Assembly (NCBI RefSeq): GCF_006345805.1
Contig: NC_043006.1
Coordinates: forward strand, 85,622,001 to 85,686,000
Direction: 5' to 3'
DNA from: Octopus sinensis
Lineage: Eukaryota
DNA: 64,000 bases
Shown here: positions 50,689 through 64,000 of the stretch, one piece after another
Numbering within the stretch: position 1 is the stretch's first letter
How the letters are laid out: each line of letters starts with the position of its first letter
Program-made: the position numbers and the translations under genes
The notes under the pieces: generated by a model
What the model was told of the DNA's origin: nothing
Database searches by the model: none
What the model saw: only the letters and a program-made list of their open reading frames with translations

Positions 50689-51491
50689 CACATGATGGGC
50701 TTCTTTCAGTCTACCAAAATTCACTCACAAGGCTTTGGTTAGCCTGTGACTATAGCAGAAAATACGTGCCCAAAGTTCCACACAATGGAACTGAACCCAG
50801 AACCATGTGTTTTGGAAGTAAGCTTCTTACCACACAGTCATGCCTTCACATGTTTTAAATTTCAGGATGATGATGATGATGATGATGATGCAATACATCT
50901 AAGACTGAATAAGCTAATACATCGATTTTTCACTCTCTAGACAATAAGTTTTGATTTACAAGGGATTTGGTTGTTATTTCTAGCAGGCTGAGTGATCACA
51001 AAGTGCTCATCACTCTCGTTGTTGGTTTGTGCAGCAGCATAGAATTGTATTAGAATCACACTCTGACATTGCTTTCTTCTGATGACACTTAATGATGACA
51101 GAAGCAGGGAGAGGTGAGGATGAGGAAACTTGGCTTCTTTGACACCCAAGTTCTCTATAATATAAACTTCTCAAGTTTTTGCTGCAGAAGTTCAGACATG
51201 TTAGATTATTATAGACATGTGAAGCTGTTCATGACAAGTATTGTCAATTAATAGATGTGTGCTAATTTACCATATAACTTGTGTGTAACTTTGTGTATGT
51301 ACTTGCATGTAGCTGTGGCTCTGTCTATAAGTCTGCATTCACCTCTCTGTATACATGTGGGAGTGCCTAAATTGCATAAAATGTGTGTGTGTATGTATGC
51401 ATGGAAAACAGTCGTAAGATGACGAAATATATATTATTTTATGTTCATTTTCCATATATGCTTTTGTATATGTGTGTGTGTGTATATGTAT

Positions 51492-51540
<49 letters not shown>

Positions 51541-52643
51541 TATATATATGTATGTATGTATGTATATGTAAAAGTGTAAGATGAAATATGTATAATAATT
51601 TTACATTCATTTTACACACACACACACTGTGTTTCAATTTATCTTTGAGGAAAATTTTATTGAAAATTTGACAGCTTCTCTCTTTCTCTCTCACCCTATA
51701 AGCACACATCATACACGCACATACATATTTACACACACATACTAAACACACACACACACATGCATCTACATACTAAACTTTCATATATTTCTTAATGAGA
51801 TTTTAGTTGGGTGGAGCATTATGTTTTAATAGAAATTAAAGATACATCTACATCAGGAAACCAATTCATCATTCTGTAAAACACAGTATGCTCACAGGGA
51901 AGTATGTGTGGTGGTGGAATAAACTTAGAGAGTTTGCATTTTCCATAACCATATATGAGGTACTGCTTGGCCTAAGATTCTTTACGTAATATTGATTTAA
52001 AACATAAGGATGAAAACAGGCACTTTTTGGTAGGAGAAAGGGTAGTGAATTTATAAAATACTCTGTAGTTGACTGGTTTTTATTATGTTAATCTTGGATG
52101 AGCACAAACAAAGGCTAACCCTGGTAGGATCTGAACTCAGATCATAAGGTTACAATACAGTAAAGCCAAGTATTTAGTCAATCACTTTACCATTTCTACT
52201 CCTCAGATCCATCCATCTTTTCTGTCCACCATTCCTGTTCTCAGACATCTCCTCCACAGGGGTCTTTCAGAAGCAACAGTCATTACACTTTCCAGCTGGG
52301 TTCTCAAGTGTGACTAACTGAGACTACGAGGGGGTTCTGGAAAGTTCCTGGCTTTAAGGGTATCATGAAAAGGGCCCAACCTTTTGGCTTAGAAAAACTG
52401 AAGGACTGCTACACTAAATGTGTGAATCTGAGAGGGGAATATGTTGAATAAAATCATAATTAACTGATCCTCTTGTATTTTTTTTTTATTTACCCAAAGC
52501 CAGAAAATTTTCTGCACTCCCTCATATAGATATTATCCAACCGTCTGCAAGTGTCGTGTTGGTTGACTTGGTTTGAAGAATCTGTCTTGCAATTCTTTCT
52601 TCTAACATTCTTATATATTCACAGTACCATAGCTATGACCTTT
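48968..52643. repeat. ~400-bp inverted duplication (48968-49375 / 52243-52643)
   Basis: The MITE and both of its flanks are mirrored with high identity. Confidence 0.92.
50435..50845 (-). mobile_element. SINE family A, diverged
   Basis: Family A motifs in reverse. Confidence 0.85.
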
Positions 52644-52856
52644 CAACATGAAGTAGAAGCTCACTTCTTGTACGAATTACCTTATGGTTGTCACTCATTA
52701 CATTCTGGTTCTGAATCTCACCAAAGCCAACTTCGCTAATCATTCTTTCCAGAGTCAACAAAATAAGTACCACTCATATATGGGATGCTATAGGGGCTTT
52801 ATCAGCTGTTTTCTTCTTTCTAAAGTATGTGCCCTTGTACCTAACACAGATATCAA

Positions 52857-53354
52857 TAACCCTTTAGCATTCAGATTACTCTGTCAAATGTAATGCTTAT
52901 TTATTTATATTGCCTTGAATTAATCTGGCATTATGTCATAGTTTCAGATGTTGATGATGTGATTGTTTATCTTTAGAATGACTGTAAATAGCATTATAAG
53001 CTTTATGCTTATAAGCGTTCACCATGTATCAGCTATTGGGAATAGTCTAATATTGGGGCATATAAACTCTTGATAGAAAAAAATGGGTATTAGTATGTGT
53101 GTGAATAGCCATTATTTTCCAACGAGGTCTTATATGTCCCAATATCAAACTATTTTCTATAGCTAATACACAATGAACACAAATACTTAAAACTTATAAT
53201 TATTATTTACAGAATTTTCACTCATCACTGTTTCTTCATTTAACACTTTAGAATAACATTGAAGAGGTGTGAGAGTCCAGATCTGATTGATGTGAAGTGA
53301 AACAGGTAAAATATGTTGACTGGATATGGCTGGTTTTAAAAATCTAAAGGGTTA
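52857..53354. mobile_element. piggyBac-type MITE containing a ~200-bp foldback insert (52995-53200); sister copy 54284-54510
   Basis: TAACCCTTTAGCATT...AATCTAAAGGGTTA termini; the sister copy lacks the insert. Confidence 0.75.
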
Positions 53355-56300
53355 GACAAAGTTCAACATCTCGACTTAAGTAAATGTATTGAAAATATAT
53401 TAAAGCCTACTCAAATACTCCCATTAATTTTTATCTAATAGACACATTTTTCTTGAGTAAATAATAAAAACAGTGTCTTCTATCATTTTAAATATTTCGG
53501 TGATTTAGCATCAGTGTGTGTATGTGTGTCACCTTTATAAAATACTGGGTGACCAACAACACTTCCACCTCCCTACATATAAATCTTTTAATATACATAT
53601 TTCAACAACCATCAAGTTGAACACTATTGTTTCCAGTAACACCAGTGTGAGGATGTGTGTGTGTATGTAGGTATATGCGTATATAGGTGTATAGGTGTGT
53701 ATATAGGTGTGTGTGTGTGTGTAACAGTCCATCATGAAATTTCACAATTTAAATATATAAATGTTGAAGCCTTGGTTATTTTTGTTTGTTTATATATTTA
53801 TCATTTCTATAACTTTTTATTTTCCTATTTTTATTCGTTTTTCTATTTTGAGTGATAAAACAAACATCGAATGAAGATAAATGTGCTCGTGTGTGTGTGT
53901 GTGTGTGTGTGTGTACACACACACTTATTTCTATTTATAAGTAAATATTGAGAATCTAAGTATAAAGATTAGAATTGTATAGTCTGCTATTGATAGTGCC
54001 AATACATTTAAGAATTTCTCAGTGAAATGAGAAATATATTCTTTTGGAACTGAATATCATGTAAATGGGTGTTAATAAATGTTTAAGATAACTGATAATT
54101 CAATGAAACATTTAAAATAGAATATAAGTACTTATCTTTTGCTATATGACTGTTTTGTGTTTTTGTTTTTTTTTGTTTTTTGGTGGCAATTACTTACAAG
54201 GTTTGCATTTGTTGAATCTAAAGCCATTTGAATGCTAACCAGCTTGTTCTCATTATGCAATTGTGTCAAAGAACTATAAAGGTTTAACTCTTTAGCTTTC
54301 AGATTACTCTATCAAATATAATGCTTCTTTATTCATATTGTTTTCAATTAATCATGCATTGTCTCATAGCTTCAAGAATTTGATGATTTGATTGTTTATT
54401 TTTAAAAACGATATTGTAGGGTAGGTGCTAGAGGCCTGATCTAACCAGTTTGAACATAAAGCAGGAAGAATATTTGACCAGACATGCCCAGTTTAAATGC
54501 TAAAAATTTAAAGTTCAGTGAACAAGACTGATATGTTGGTCTTAACTTTGCTGAAAATCACTGGCAAAGATTTTTGTCATATCTAACCTAGAAACCTTCT
54601 TCATAAATTATCACTCGAGAGTTAAGTTACTGATCAGACCCTCTCTTTCTCTCAAAATTTTGGGGGTTGTAGGTCTGCCAGGCTACTTCATTTGTAGAAG
54701 GGCTTTCCTACAGAAAACCTCATTAATTTGCCATCTTAGGATCAGTTACTGATCAGACTCTCTCCATGTCTCATATTCTGGGATCAGAATTCTGACAACT
54801 CCATGAGTAGAAGGTGTGCTTGCCAAAGCTCCCACAGATTGCATTTTATCAGCCCTCATGTACCAAATAGTTTGGTTATGTTTGAAGCAATTGTAACTAC
54901 AGAATTAAAAAAAATTCCATAAATTCCAGCCTTTGTTTTCATAAATCCATATGCTGTAGCTAATATATTTTACTAGGAATTTAAACTTATATTGATAGTT
55001 TTCTTTTTAAAGATAAACCTTCTACATATAATTTAATTGATAACTGGGATTCACAGATGGACTTCATGAAGGGTTTTAATCCCTTAAGTGGTTGGCATTT
55101 GGAAAGGCATCCAGCTGTAAAAACTATGCCAAATATGACCTTACCTGTGCTGGGGCCATGTAAAAAGCACTGTGCACTCTGGTTGGTGTTAGGAAGGGCA
55201 ACTGGAAACTGTTGAAATATTAAAATTACTTACTTATGTGCAAGAGGTTAGACTTAGCTTTCTCATTGCTTGCACTTAATGGATCAATTAGACATGTGTA
55301 CACATAAAATTATTTGGCATGTAAAAAGATGGTGATTGATGTTTTTTTGTTTCCTGCTTTCATAAAATTCTATTTTGTTTGTTTCAATACAATGGTTGCT
55401 AAGATTAAGATTCAAGTTAAAACTTTTGCTTGTGTATGGTTACTTAAAATTATGCTATTTCTCTTAATAAACCACTTAATTAATTTAAGTTTAAAATTTG
55501 TTTGTACTCATGATTATTTAAAACTAAAATTATAGTACCTCTTTGTAAAAGTCTTCAAGAATTAAAGTTAAAATATGGATTGATAAAATTAATATTGCAG
55601 TCTCCCTTATTGAACAACTGTATCCTATGGCAAAATGCTGGCCCTCCTTGAAGTAGAGATTTTGAGAATTTTAAACTATTAAAATATTATGATTATGCAT
55701 TTATGAGAGTAGAAAGAGAAGTTAGACTTTACATTAATGAATATTGTAAATGCTAGAGAGTAATTTATAGTTCAAATTAAGTAATCTATTATAACTCTAT
55801 CCAAATATATTTGACTTACTTGTGTCAACGTCATTACAAGGTTAACAGAAAGATCTTTCCTTAATGAAAGATAATTCCATAATTGGTTTTCTGAGACTCT
55901 GTTAAATCAGTTCCATCTTCGATAAAACTGATACTTTTAAAGCTTACCTAAAGAGGTTGAAATATCTATCTCTGTATTAGTTCTAATGTCTCTCTTGGAT
56001 TGCATGCTGTAGTTTCTTGGCATTTCTCCATTCATTACATATCATTGAACTCGAGTTACTTTGAGACGGAAGCAAAATAATAATTGCACACATTTGTCAG
56101 ATAGTGAAAATCAGATTTATACTGTAGGTGATATGTTTTTCAGGTGAGATCATGTGGCTGGGAGGTAATTAGAAACATCACTGTTGATTGATGAAGATTG
56201 GAAATTAAGTTAGAATTTCATGGAGACTAATTATTTTCGTTTGTATGTTCTCAGTGTGATTTTTAGTAACTTCCACAGAATTTGTGAAATTTTATGGAAT

Positions 56301-56799
56301 AGGATTTTAATGTATTTGAATTTTTGTGCTGTATTTGCATAAAGTTTGCCTCCAAACCACATGGTTTTAGATTCAGTCCAACTGCATGGTACCTTGGGCA
56401 AAGTCTTCTACTATAGCTTCTGACTGACCAAGGCTTTGTGGGTGGATTTCTTAGACAGGTTTCTTTCAATTTCTGTCAATCTGTCTGCTTGTCTCCATAT
56501 CACGGCATTGCATAGTAGTTGTAAATGAGTGTCCCTACCATACATTCAATGTCATTTAATTCTATAGCAGCTGTCGTTGGCTGTTCAAGAAGTGCATGTT
56601 ATTAAATGGGAAAACAGTTAATATAAATCACCATAAGACATTTTAGTGTATAAATATATTGAGTCCTGGAGTTCATTTGTTCAACTAAACCCTTCAAGGC
56701 AGTGCCCAGCATGGCCACACTACCTTACCTGAAACAAATAAAAGATAACAGACAAAGGGAATTGTTAACTGCCTGATAATTTGTAATTAGCTTTTAAAG

Positions 56800-56942
56800 G
56801 CACAGGCATGGCTGTTTGGTAAGAATCTTTCTTCCCAACCACATGGCTCTGGGTTCAGTCCCACTGCATGGCACCTTGCTATATATATGGGTTGACCAAA
56901 GCCTTGTGAGTGGATTTGGTAGAGAAACTGAATGAAGCCTGC

Positions 56943-56982
<40 letters not shown>

Positions 56983-57447
56983 TGTGTGTGTGTATGTGTG
57001 TGTGTGTATATATATATATGTATGTGTGTTTGTGTTTGTCCCCCACCACCACTTGACAACTAGTGTTGGTGTTTTTGTGTCCCCATAACTAAGTGGTTCG
57101 GCAAACGATACTGATGGAATAAGTACTAGAGTTGATTCTATCTATCTATCCGTTCAGTCGAAGTCAACTCTCAGTCACTTGGTGGATCAGGGTTCTCCAG
57201 CCAGTTCTATCCTGGGTCGCTTCTTTCAGATTGGCTATGGTCATTCCCGTGTCACTCTTGATGGTGTCAAACCAGTGGGTTCTTGGTCGGCTTCTTCTTC
57301 TCTTGCCACTGACCATTCCGAGCATAATGTCCTTCTCCAGGGATTTTCTCCGCATAATATGACCAAAATATGCCATCATTTGACTAAAAATTCTTCAAGG
57401 CAGTGTCCCAGGATGGCTGCAGTCAAATGACTGAAACAAGTAAAAGG
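56800..57447 (+). mobile_element. SINE A interrupted by an RTE 3' fragment (-, ~57135-57380)
   Basis: Insert encodes YFGHIMRRKSLEKDIMLGMVSGKRRRSRPRTHW (RTE RT C-terminus); SINE tail resumes at ~57380. Confidence 0.85.
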
Positions 57448-57794
57448 TGTATGACTTAGTGGTTAGGATGTTGTACTCACAATTGTGTGGTTGTAGTTTC
57501 ACTTCCTAGACTGGTTAGTACATTGTGTTCTTGAGTAAAACACTTCATCCCATGTTACTCTGCAATCACTTTGACACCTGAAGCATGGTTCATTGTGCAC
57601 CTGCTCAGACAATGTTGATTTGATGGAGTGAGTGAGCTAATGTGCAGCATGATCACTATAAACAAATCATTTGTGCAGGTTGTTTGGCAGCAAAAGCTGA
57701 AATGCCATCTTCAGTAGGTGAGTCCATCATATGTATATATATTGTTTAATAATGATGAAACTGACTCAATAAAACAAACTATATTTTAAAGTGT

Positions 57795-58198
57795 CTCTTT
57801 TACTTGTTTCAGTCATTTAACTGTGGCCATGCTGGAGCACAGCCTTTAGTCACACAAATCGACCCCAGGACTTATTTGTTGTAAGCCTAGTACTTATTCT
57901 ATCAGTCTCTTTTGCCAAACTGCTAAGTTATGGAGACGTAAACACACCAGTATCGGTTGTCAAGTGATGTTGGGGGAACAAAGACACACAAACACATATA
58001 CACACACATACATACATATATATATATATATACATATATACGACGGGTTTCTTTCAGTTTCCGTCTACCAAATCCACTCACAAGGCTTTGGTCGGCCCGA
58101 GGCTATAGTAGAAGACACTTGCCCAAAGTGCCACGCAGTGGGACTGAACCCGGAACCATGTGGTTCGTAAGCAAGCTATTTACCACACAGCCACTCCT
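57795..58198 (-). mobile_element. SINE family A, full length
   Basis: Family A motifs in reverse. Confidence 0.95.
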
Positions 58199-58549
58199 AA
58201 AGAAGTTTCCAAGAGGTTACTACAAAATTCGTTCTTAAACTTGACCTCAAAAGAAATTTAGACATTACTTGGAGGTAATGAGTAAGAGATTGGAATCTCA
58301 TTACAGAACAGAATTTGAGATTTATATTGTTTAGCTTCAGGTCAGGTTTAATTGAACAAAGGCATTCCAACTGTAGCCTTACAATACATCTTTTCTTTTC
58401 TTTCAAACACAGTATATCCAGAACCACATTATTGCATGTGTCTTTTTTTTTCTATGATAGTGGGGTAGAATTTGAGTAAGTGTTGGCTGTTATTTTTAGT
58501 AAGTTGAATGACTACATAGAAGCTTTCCTCAATTGTTTGAAGAAGATAT

Positions 58550-59450
58550 GTGTTTTTTTGTACTAAATGTTGAGTGTTAAAAGCTTTCACAGAAATTCAT
58601 GAATGTTTGTGCAGAGTGTGAGAAGATGAACGTCCAGAATTGATTCTTTTTCTTAGACTTTGTTTGGGTATTGAAGATAACTATTTGGAGAGAAGAAGGT
58701 GAAGAAGAGAATAGTTCTCATGATATTCTTCTAATTCCTGTGAGTGTCTTCTTGTAGGGAGTGGGGGCTTAGATTCATCCAAAGGTGAATAGCATACGGA
58801 TTTATGTATTAATTGATAGGTCAGCTTCCTGTGAAATTGCTTTTATTTGGACTGCCTGTAGTATCTGGGATGCACTTGGTACTCTCTTCTGCTGTTACCC
58901 TCTAACTGTTAGCAACATTACACAGAGGAAGGTTTAATCAGAAGCAGTGAATTGATTCGTCCCCAAAGCAGAGGTCCATTCCATGTGTTTGCAAAGGGGC
59001 ATGCTTATGTCATTGAAAGGTATGTTATCTCTACTTACCACAAAAGTGCTATAGTGTTTTATCATGATAGAGTGTTTAAAAGTCTCAGAAAACGTTTTTT
59101 GTTCTATCACCAACATTTTGGAGTGACCAAGTGGTATATAGCTGCTGTTGTATCATTTCAAAGGTGGTGGAAGAATAGGATGAAGTACTTAAATTCTGTT
59201 AATGAGTGGTAGAATTGATGAACTGGCAAGTTTGATCAGTTTAGAAGAGCCTGCATAGTTATGTACCCAGTTCCCTTTTCCTGGATTAACTGTATATACA
59301 TGTGTGTATATAGCTCTTTTCTTTCTCAAAAGAATGATTTCTGATGTTTGTTAGTGATAAAAGATTTACTAGTCTGGACTGTCACTATTTTGTAGTGTTC
59401 AATAATTATTCCCTGCCTTCTTCATTAGCACCATAGCATATTTTGGATGA
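58550..59450 (-). pseudogene. Highly degraded Penelope-like RT remnant
   Basis: FND...LQTHGM-like motif near 58975-59017; many stops. Confidence 0.35.
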
Positions 59451-59569
59451 GTGGTGTTGTCAGTTCAATCAGTCCCAGTAGCTCGCTGGTACTTGTTTAG
59501 TCAGCACAAGAGCAATCAAAGTTGAAGCTGATCAAAATAGAATATTAGAATTTTAAGACACATAACACA

Positions 59570-59970
59570 GGCGCAGGAGTGGCTGTGTGGTAAGTAGCTT
59601 GCTTACCAACCACACAGTTCTGGGTTCAGTTCCACTGCGTGGCACCTTGGGCAAGTGTCTTCTACTATAGCCTCGGGCCGACCAAAGCCTTGTGAGTGGA
59701 TTTGGTAGACAGAAACTGAAAGAAGCCCGTCGTATATATATATATGTATATATATGCGTGTGTGTTTGTGTGTCTGTGTTTGTCTCCCCAACATCGCTTG
59801 ACAACCAATGCTGGTGTGTTTACGTCCCCGTTACTCAGCAGTTCGGCAAAAGAGACCGATAGGATAAGTACTAGGCTTACAAAGAATAAGTCGATTTGCT
59901 CGACTAAAAGGTGGTGCTCCAGCATGGCTGCAGTCAAATGACTGAAACAAGTAAAAGAGAGTAAAAGAGT
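59570..59970 (+). mobile_element. SINE family A, full length
   Basis: GGCGCAGGAGTGGCTGTGTGG...GTAAAAGAG. Confidence 0.95.
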
Positions 59971-60187
59971 AACTAAATACAAGGTGTTCAACTGATTCTC
60001 TAAACCTTGATGTCTCAAGAGCTCAAATATGTGGTGCAAGGAGAAGGAAGAGAGTGGATCAAAAGCAATTCATAGAACTGTGTTCTATTTGTGAATGACA
60101 AAATACCAGCTCAGAGAATCATGAAAGAATATTAAACTGACAATGCAGAATCACATTCATCCTTATTGACCATGAAGATAAAAACAC

Positions 60188-60592
60188 TCTCTTACTCTTT
60201 TACTCTTTTACTTGTTTCAGTCATTTGACTGCGGCCATGCTGGAGCACCGCCTTTTTAGTCAAGCAAATCAACCCCAGGACTTATTCTTGGCAAGCCTAG
60301 TACTTATTCTATCGGTCTCTTTTGCCGAACCGCTAAGTGATGGGGACATAAACACACCAACATCGGTTGTCAAGCAATGCTAGGGGGACAAACACACACA
60401 CACATATATATATATATACACACATATATGACGGGCTTCTTTCAGTTTCCGTCTACCAAATCCACTCACAAGGCTTTGGTCGGCCCGAGGCTATAGTAGA
60501 AGACACTTGCCCAGGGTGCCACGCAGTGGGACTGAACCCGGAACCATGTGGTTGGTAAACAAGCTACTCACCATACAGCCACTCCTGCACCT
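60188..60592 (-). mobile_element. SINE family A, full length (tail-to-tail with 59570-59970)
   Basis: Family A motifs in reverse. Confidence 0.95.
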
Positions 60593-60619
60593 ACTACGTA
60601 ATATGAAAGTAAGTAATAT

Positions 60620-61093
60620 GAAACTCATTTGCATTTGGATTGCCTCGTCCATGTAGTTTATCTCCTGAGAATGCTGATCACATAACTTGTACCTGAATGG
60701 TTTGACCTTAAGTGTGATGTTTGACAAGGCTGATATGATAGTCATTAGGGGTTCAAGTCAACTTGAAGAAAGACACAAAATGGCTTCTGTTGTATTATCT
60801 GAGATATGCAGATATGGTATCTGAGATATACAGGATATGCAAAACAATGAATGATGAGGTACAGTGGGATCGGGTACCCAATATTCCCTGATATGCTTAA
60901 CACTTACTACATCAAAGATCATGCTGGAATAGAAAATTGATGATATAAGGCAAATTCTGTTATCTGTAGGCTTGAAAACCTTCCATACATTACTAGCACC
61001 TTTGTAATTATGATTGGTATGAAAGTGCCTGAGCCTATTAGTGTAGCTGGTGTCTCTAAGTGAGTCAGTGTCTGGGATGAAGGTGTTTGTCAT
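60620..61093 (-). pseudogene. Degraded Penelope-like RT thumb-region remnant
   Basis: VFKPTD motif resembling PLE VYRKPT, followed by frameshifted sequence. Confidence 0.4.
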
Positions 61094-62219
61094 TTATAAA
61101 GCATTATCTTTGTGGCATATTGGAAAATAACTCTGAAAATATGAACCTGTATCCAGAAAATCACGTTACAATTAAAAATTCATAAATATGGGATTATTTA
61201 TCGAGAGACATGTGTGTGTGTGTGTGTGTGTGTGTGTATAATCACATATGCATACCACTACATATATGTATTTGTGTAATGTGATTGTATGTATAGTTTC
61301 AACACACACATTCTTGGAATATAAAGCTTCTGTAACTTCTGAGTTTCCTACTGTAGATTTCGAGTAGATACTAGATTGAATGTCACTTTGTATATGTGTA
61401 AATATATATATATATGTGTGTGTGCATACATATTAGCAAATGTATACACTAATACATACATAGACATAGGCACACATAAGAACACATAAATGCACAGATG
61501 CATATATACGTTTCTCTATGATTATACAAACACTTTTACACACACACACACATACACACCACCATTATCATATAAGCGGTGAAATAGTGTCTTGACACTG
61601 ATAGTCAGCATCAGTAAGTCTTTAGTGATTGACTCACATCAGAAGCAATAGTCAATTGTAAAGTAGTTTTCTAAGACTGGCAACAAGAATCAGTGAAAAG
61701 GAACTACTTTAGATGAGAGGTCAAAGGTTAAGCTACATAGATTCTTTTTGATCTCAAGCCAATTTGACCCTCTTTACTTTTGGGGTCAGACTTGGAGATA
61801 TTTTCACTTTCTTCATTTCCTGTTAGATTTATATTATTTACTAACAAAAAAAAAAAGAAAAATAATCATAATAATTGTATATCTTACAACATGAATAACA
61901 ACAACAACAATAGCAATAACTGTCACACACCTTCTAAACAATGACTAAATTTTGTTGTGTTTTTGTTTTCTATTTGTACTATATTTAATTTTCCATCTTT
62001 TTGTTTCACATTTTGTTGTGGAAACAGCTTTTTCCTATGTCAGTGCAATAAGCTCAAATCTCTCTAGGGCTAATTCTACCTTTCATTCACCCTTCTATCT
62101 TTCTCACTAAAGTCTATAAAGCAAATGCAAAGCATGTATAGGGTTCAATTCAGGTTATTACATTTTTTGCCAGCAAATCTTTATTTTACAATCAAACAAA
62201 AAAAGCCATACCATTATTA

Positions 62220-63410
62220 TTAAGGCAGTGGACTAAAGTGGCCAGCTGGTAGAAATGTCGGCATGCTGGGCAAAATGCTAAGCCACATTTCATCCATCTT
62301 TACTACAATCTGAGTTCAAATTCCATTGTGGCCGACTTTGCATTTCATCCTTTCAGGATTGATAAAACAAGAAACCAGTTGAGCACTGAGGTAGATGTAA
62401 TTAACTATTCCCCTCCCCTCAAAATTACTGGCCTTGTGACAAAATAAGGATTATCAAGGCAGTGAGTTGACAGAATCATTAGCACACTGGACAAAATGCT
62501 TAGTAGCCTTTCTTTTGGATCTTTCTGGTCTGAGTCAAAATACTCCTGATGCCAACTCTGTCTTTTATCCATTTGTGGTCAATAAAATAAAGTACCAGTC
62601 AAGTAGTGATACTTTAGTTGATGTAATCAACTGAGTGTGGAGGTGCATGGCTTAAGATCGTAAGATTGTGGTTTCGATTCCTGGACTGGGCAACGCGTTG
62701 TGTTCTTGAGCAAAACACTTCATTTTCACGTCGCTCCAGTCCACTCAGCTGGCAAAAATAAGTAATGCTACGATGGACAGGCGTCCTGTCCAACTGGGGA
62801 ACACATACACCATAGAAACTGGGAAACTGAGCCTATGAGCCTGGCTAGGCTTTAAAAGGGGTGCATTTGGAGGTGCAATCGCCCAATGGTTAGGGCAGCA
62901 GACTCACAGTTGGAGGATTGTGGTTTCGATTCCCAGACCAGGCATTGTGTGTGTTTATTGAGTGAAAACATCTAAAAGCTCCACAAGGCTCCGGCAGGGG
63001 GTGGTAACGACCCCTGTTGTACTCTTTCGCCACCACTTTCTCTCTCTCTCTCTTCCTGTTTCTTGAGTAACGCTGCGATGGACTGGCGTCCCGTCCAGCT
63101 GGGGGGAATACATATGCCACAGAAACCGGGAAACCAGGCCCATGAGCCTGGCTAGGCTTGAAAAGGGCGAAAAAAGAAACAAAAAGAAAATCAACTGAGT
63201 CCTCTTCTTGAAATAACTGGCCTTGTGCCGGAATTTGAAAGCATTATTAACTATCAAGGCAGTAACCTTGCTGATTCATTACCATGCTTTCAAATCTTGC
63301 AGAGGTCAACTTTACTGCTCATCCTTTCTAGGTCAATAAAATTAAGTACCAGTTATATACTTGAGCTTATGGAATCAACCAACACCCTCCTTAAATTGCT
63401 GGTCATGTGC
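62220..63410 (+). mobile_element. Cluster of SINEs: degenerate B copies, family E (62635-62865), family D (62868-63175)
   Basis: tRNA-like heads (GGAGGTGCA...GGTTTCGATTCC) and shared cores. Confidence 0.8.
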
Positions 63411-64000
63411 TGAAATCAGTAATTATATCATTTAAAAAAATTAGAAACAATTATTATTATTATTAAAAACCGGTGGATTTCAGAATTTGTACAAATGAAC
63501 TTGGCCTAGTAGTTAGGGTGTTAAACTTGCAATCTTGTGATTTAATTCCCAGAATGGGCAGACTGTTGTGTTCTTGAGAAAAACACTTCATTTCACTCCA
63601 GTTCACTCAACTGTAAATGAGCAACCCTGTGATGGACTAGCATCCTATACAGGGGAAATGCATTCTCAGTCACTTTTATGCTAGAAAGAAATTTAGTAAT
63701 TGGCTCTATGATTCTTCTGCCTAAAGAAGTACTTTATTTTCTTTAGAATCAGTGTAGCTGCATTGTTCTAGATTCCATTCATCTGAGTACAACTTTGTTG
63801 TTTACCTATATGTGGTACTTAAAATAAGTAACAAGTACCAATTAAATACAGGGGTCAGATTAACTATTTCTCCCATAAAATATGTCACCTTATGCTGATA
63901 TCAGAAATGATTATCATTTTTGTTTAGCAAGGCAAATTTTGCTTTGCATTCATCCAAAGTTGATAAAATGGGTATCAGTTAAATTCTAAGATTTGTGTAA

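Noticed and set aside
59570-60592. Inverted repeat formed by two SINE A copies
   Set aside because: Explained by independent insertions of a very abundant SINE; flanks are not mirrored.

Overview
AT-rich, microsatellite-dense eukaryotic DNA, almost entirely transposon-derived. The SINE and LINE repertoire strongly resembles coleoid cephalopod (Octopus-like) genomes; this is an inference from recalled repeat families, not a database hit. No host protein-coding gene is recognisable, and only one weak exon candidate was found (~18.95-19.06 kb). Repeats include several tRNA-derived SINE families, CR1-, RTE-, Tx1- and Penelope-like retroelement remnants, a near-intact mariner, a hAT transposase pseudogene, several MITE families and nested insertions. 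The standout is 39.25-44.39 kb. Here a ~245-bp hammerhead-ribozyme-containing repeat (Penelope pLTR-like) is present as an inverted pair inside (TA)n. Both copies carry insertions, at exactly the same 14-bp site (ATCACCAGCYGACC), of ~1.77-kb retroelements that encode only an L1/Tx1-type ORF1 (CCHC knuckle) protein with no RT or endonuclease. The ORF1 copies carry alternative C-terminal domains and alternative 3' stem-loops, and that 3' tail is shared with an abundant SINE family in the window. Coordinates of degraded elements are approximate.
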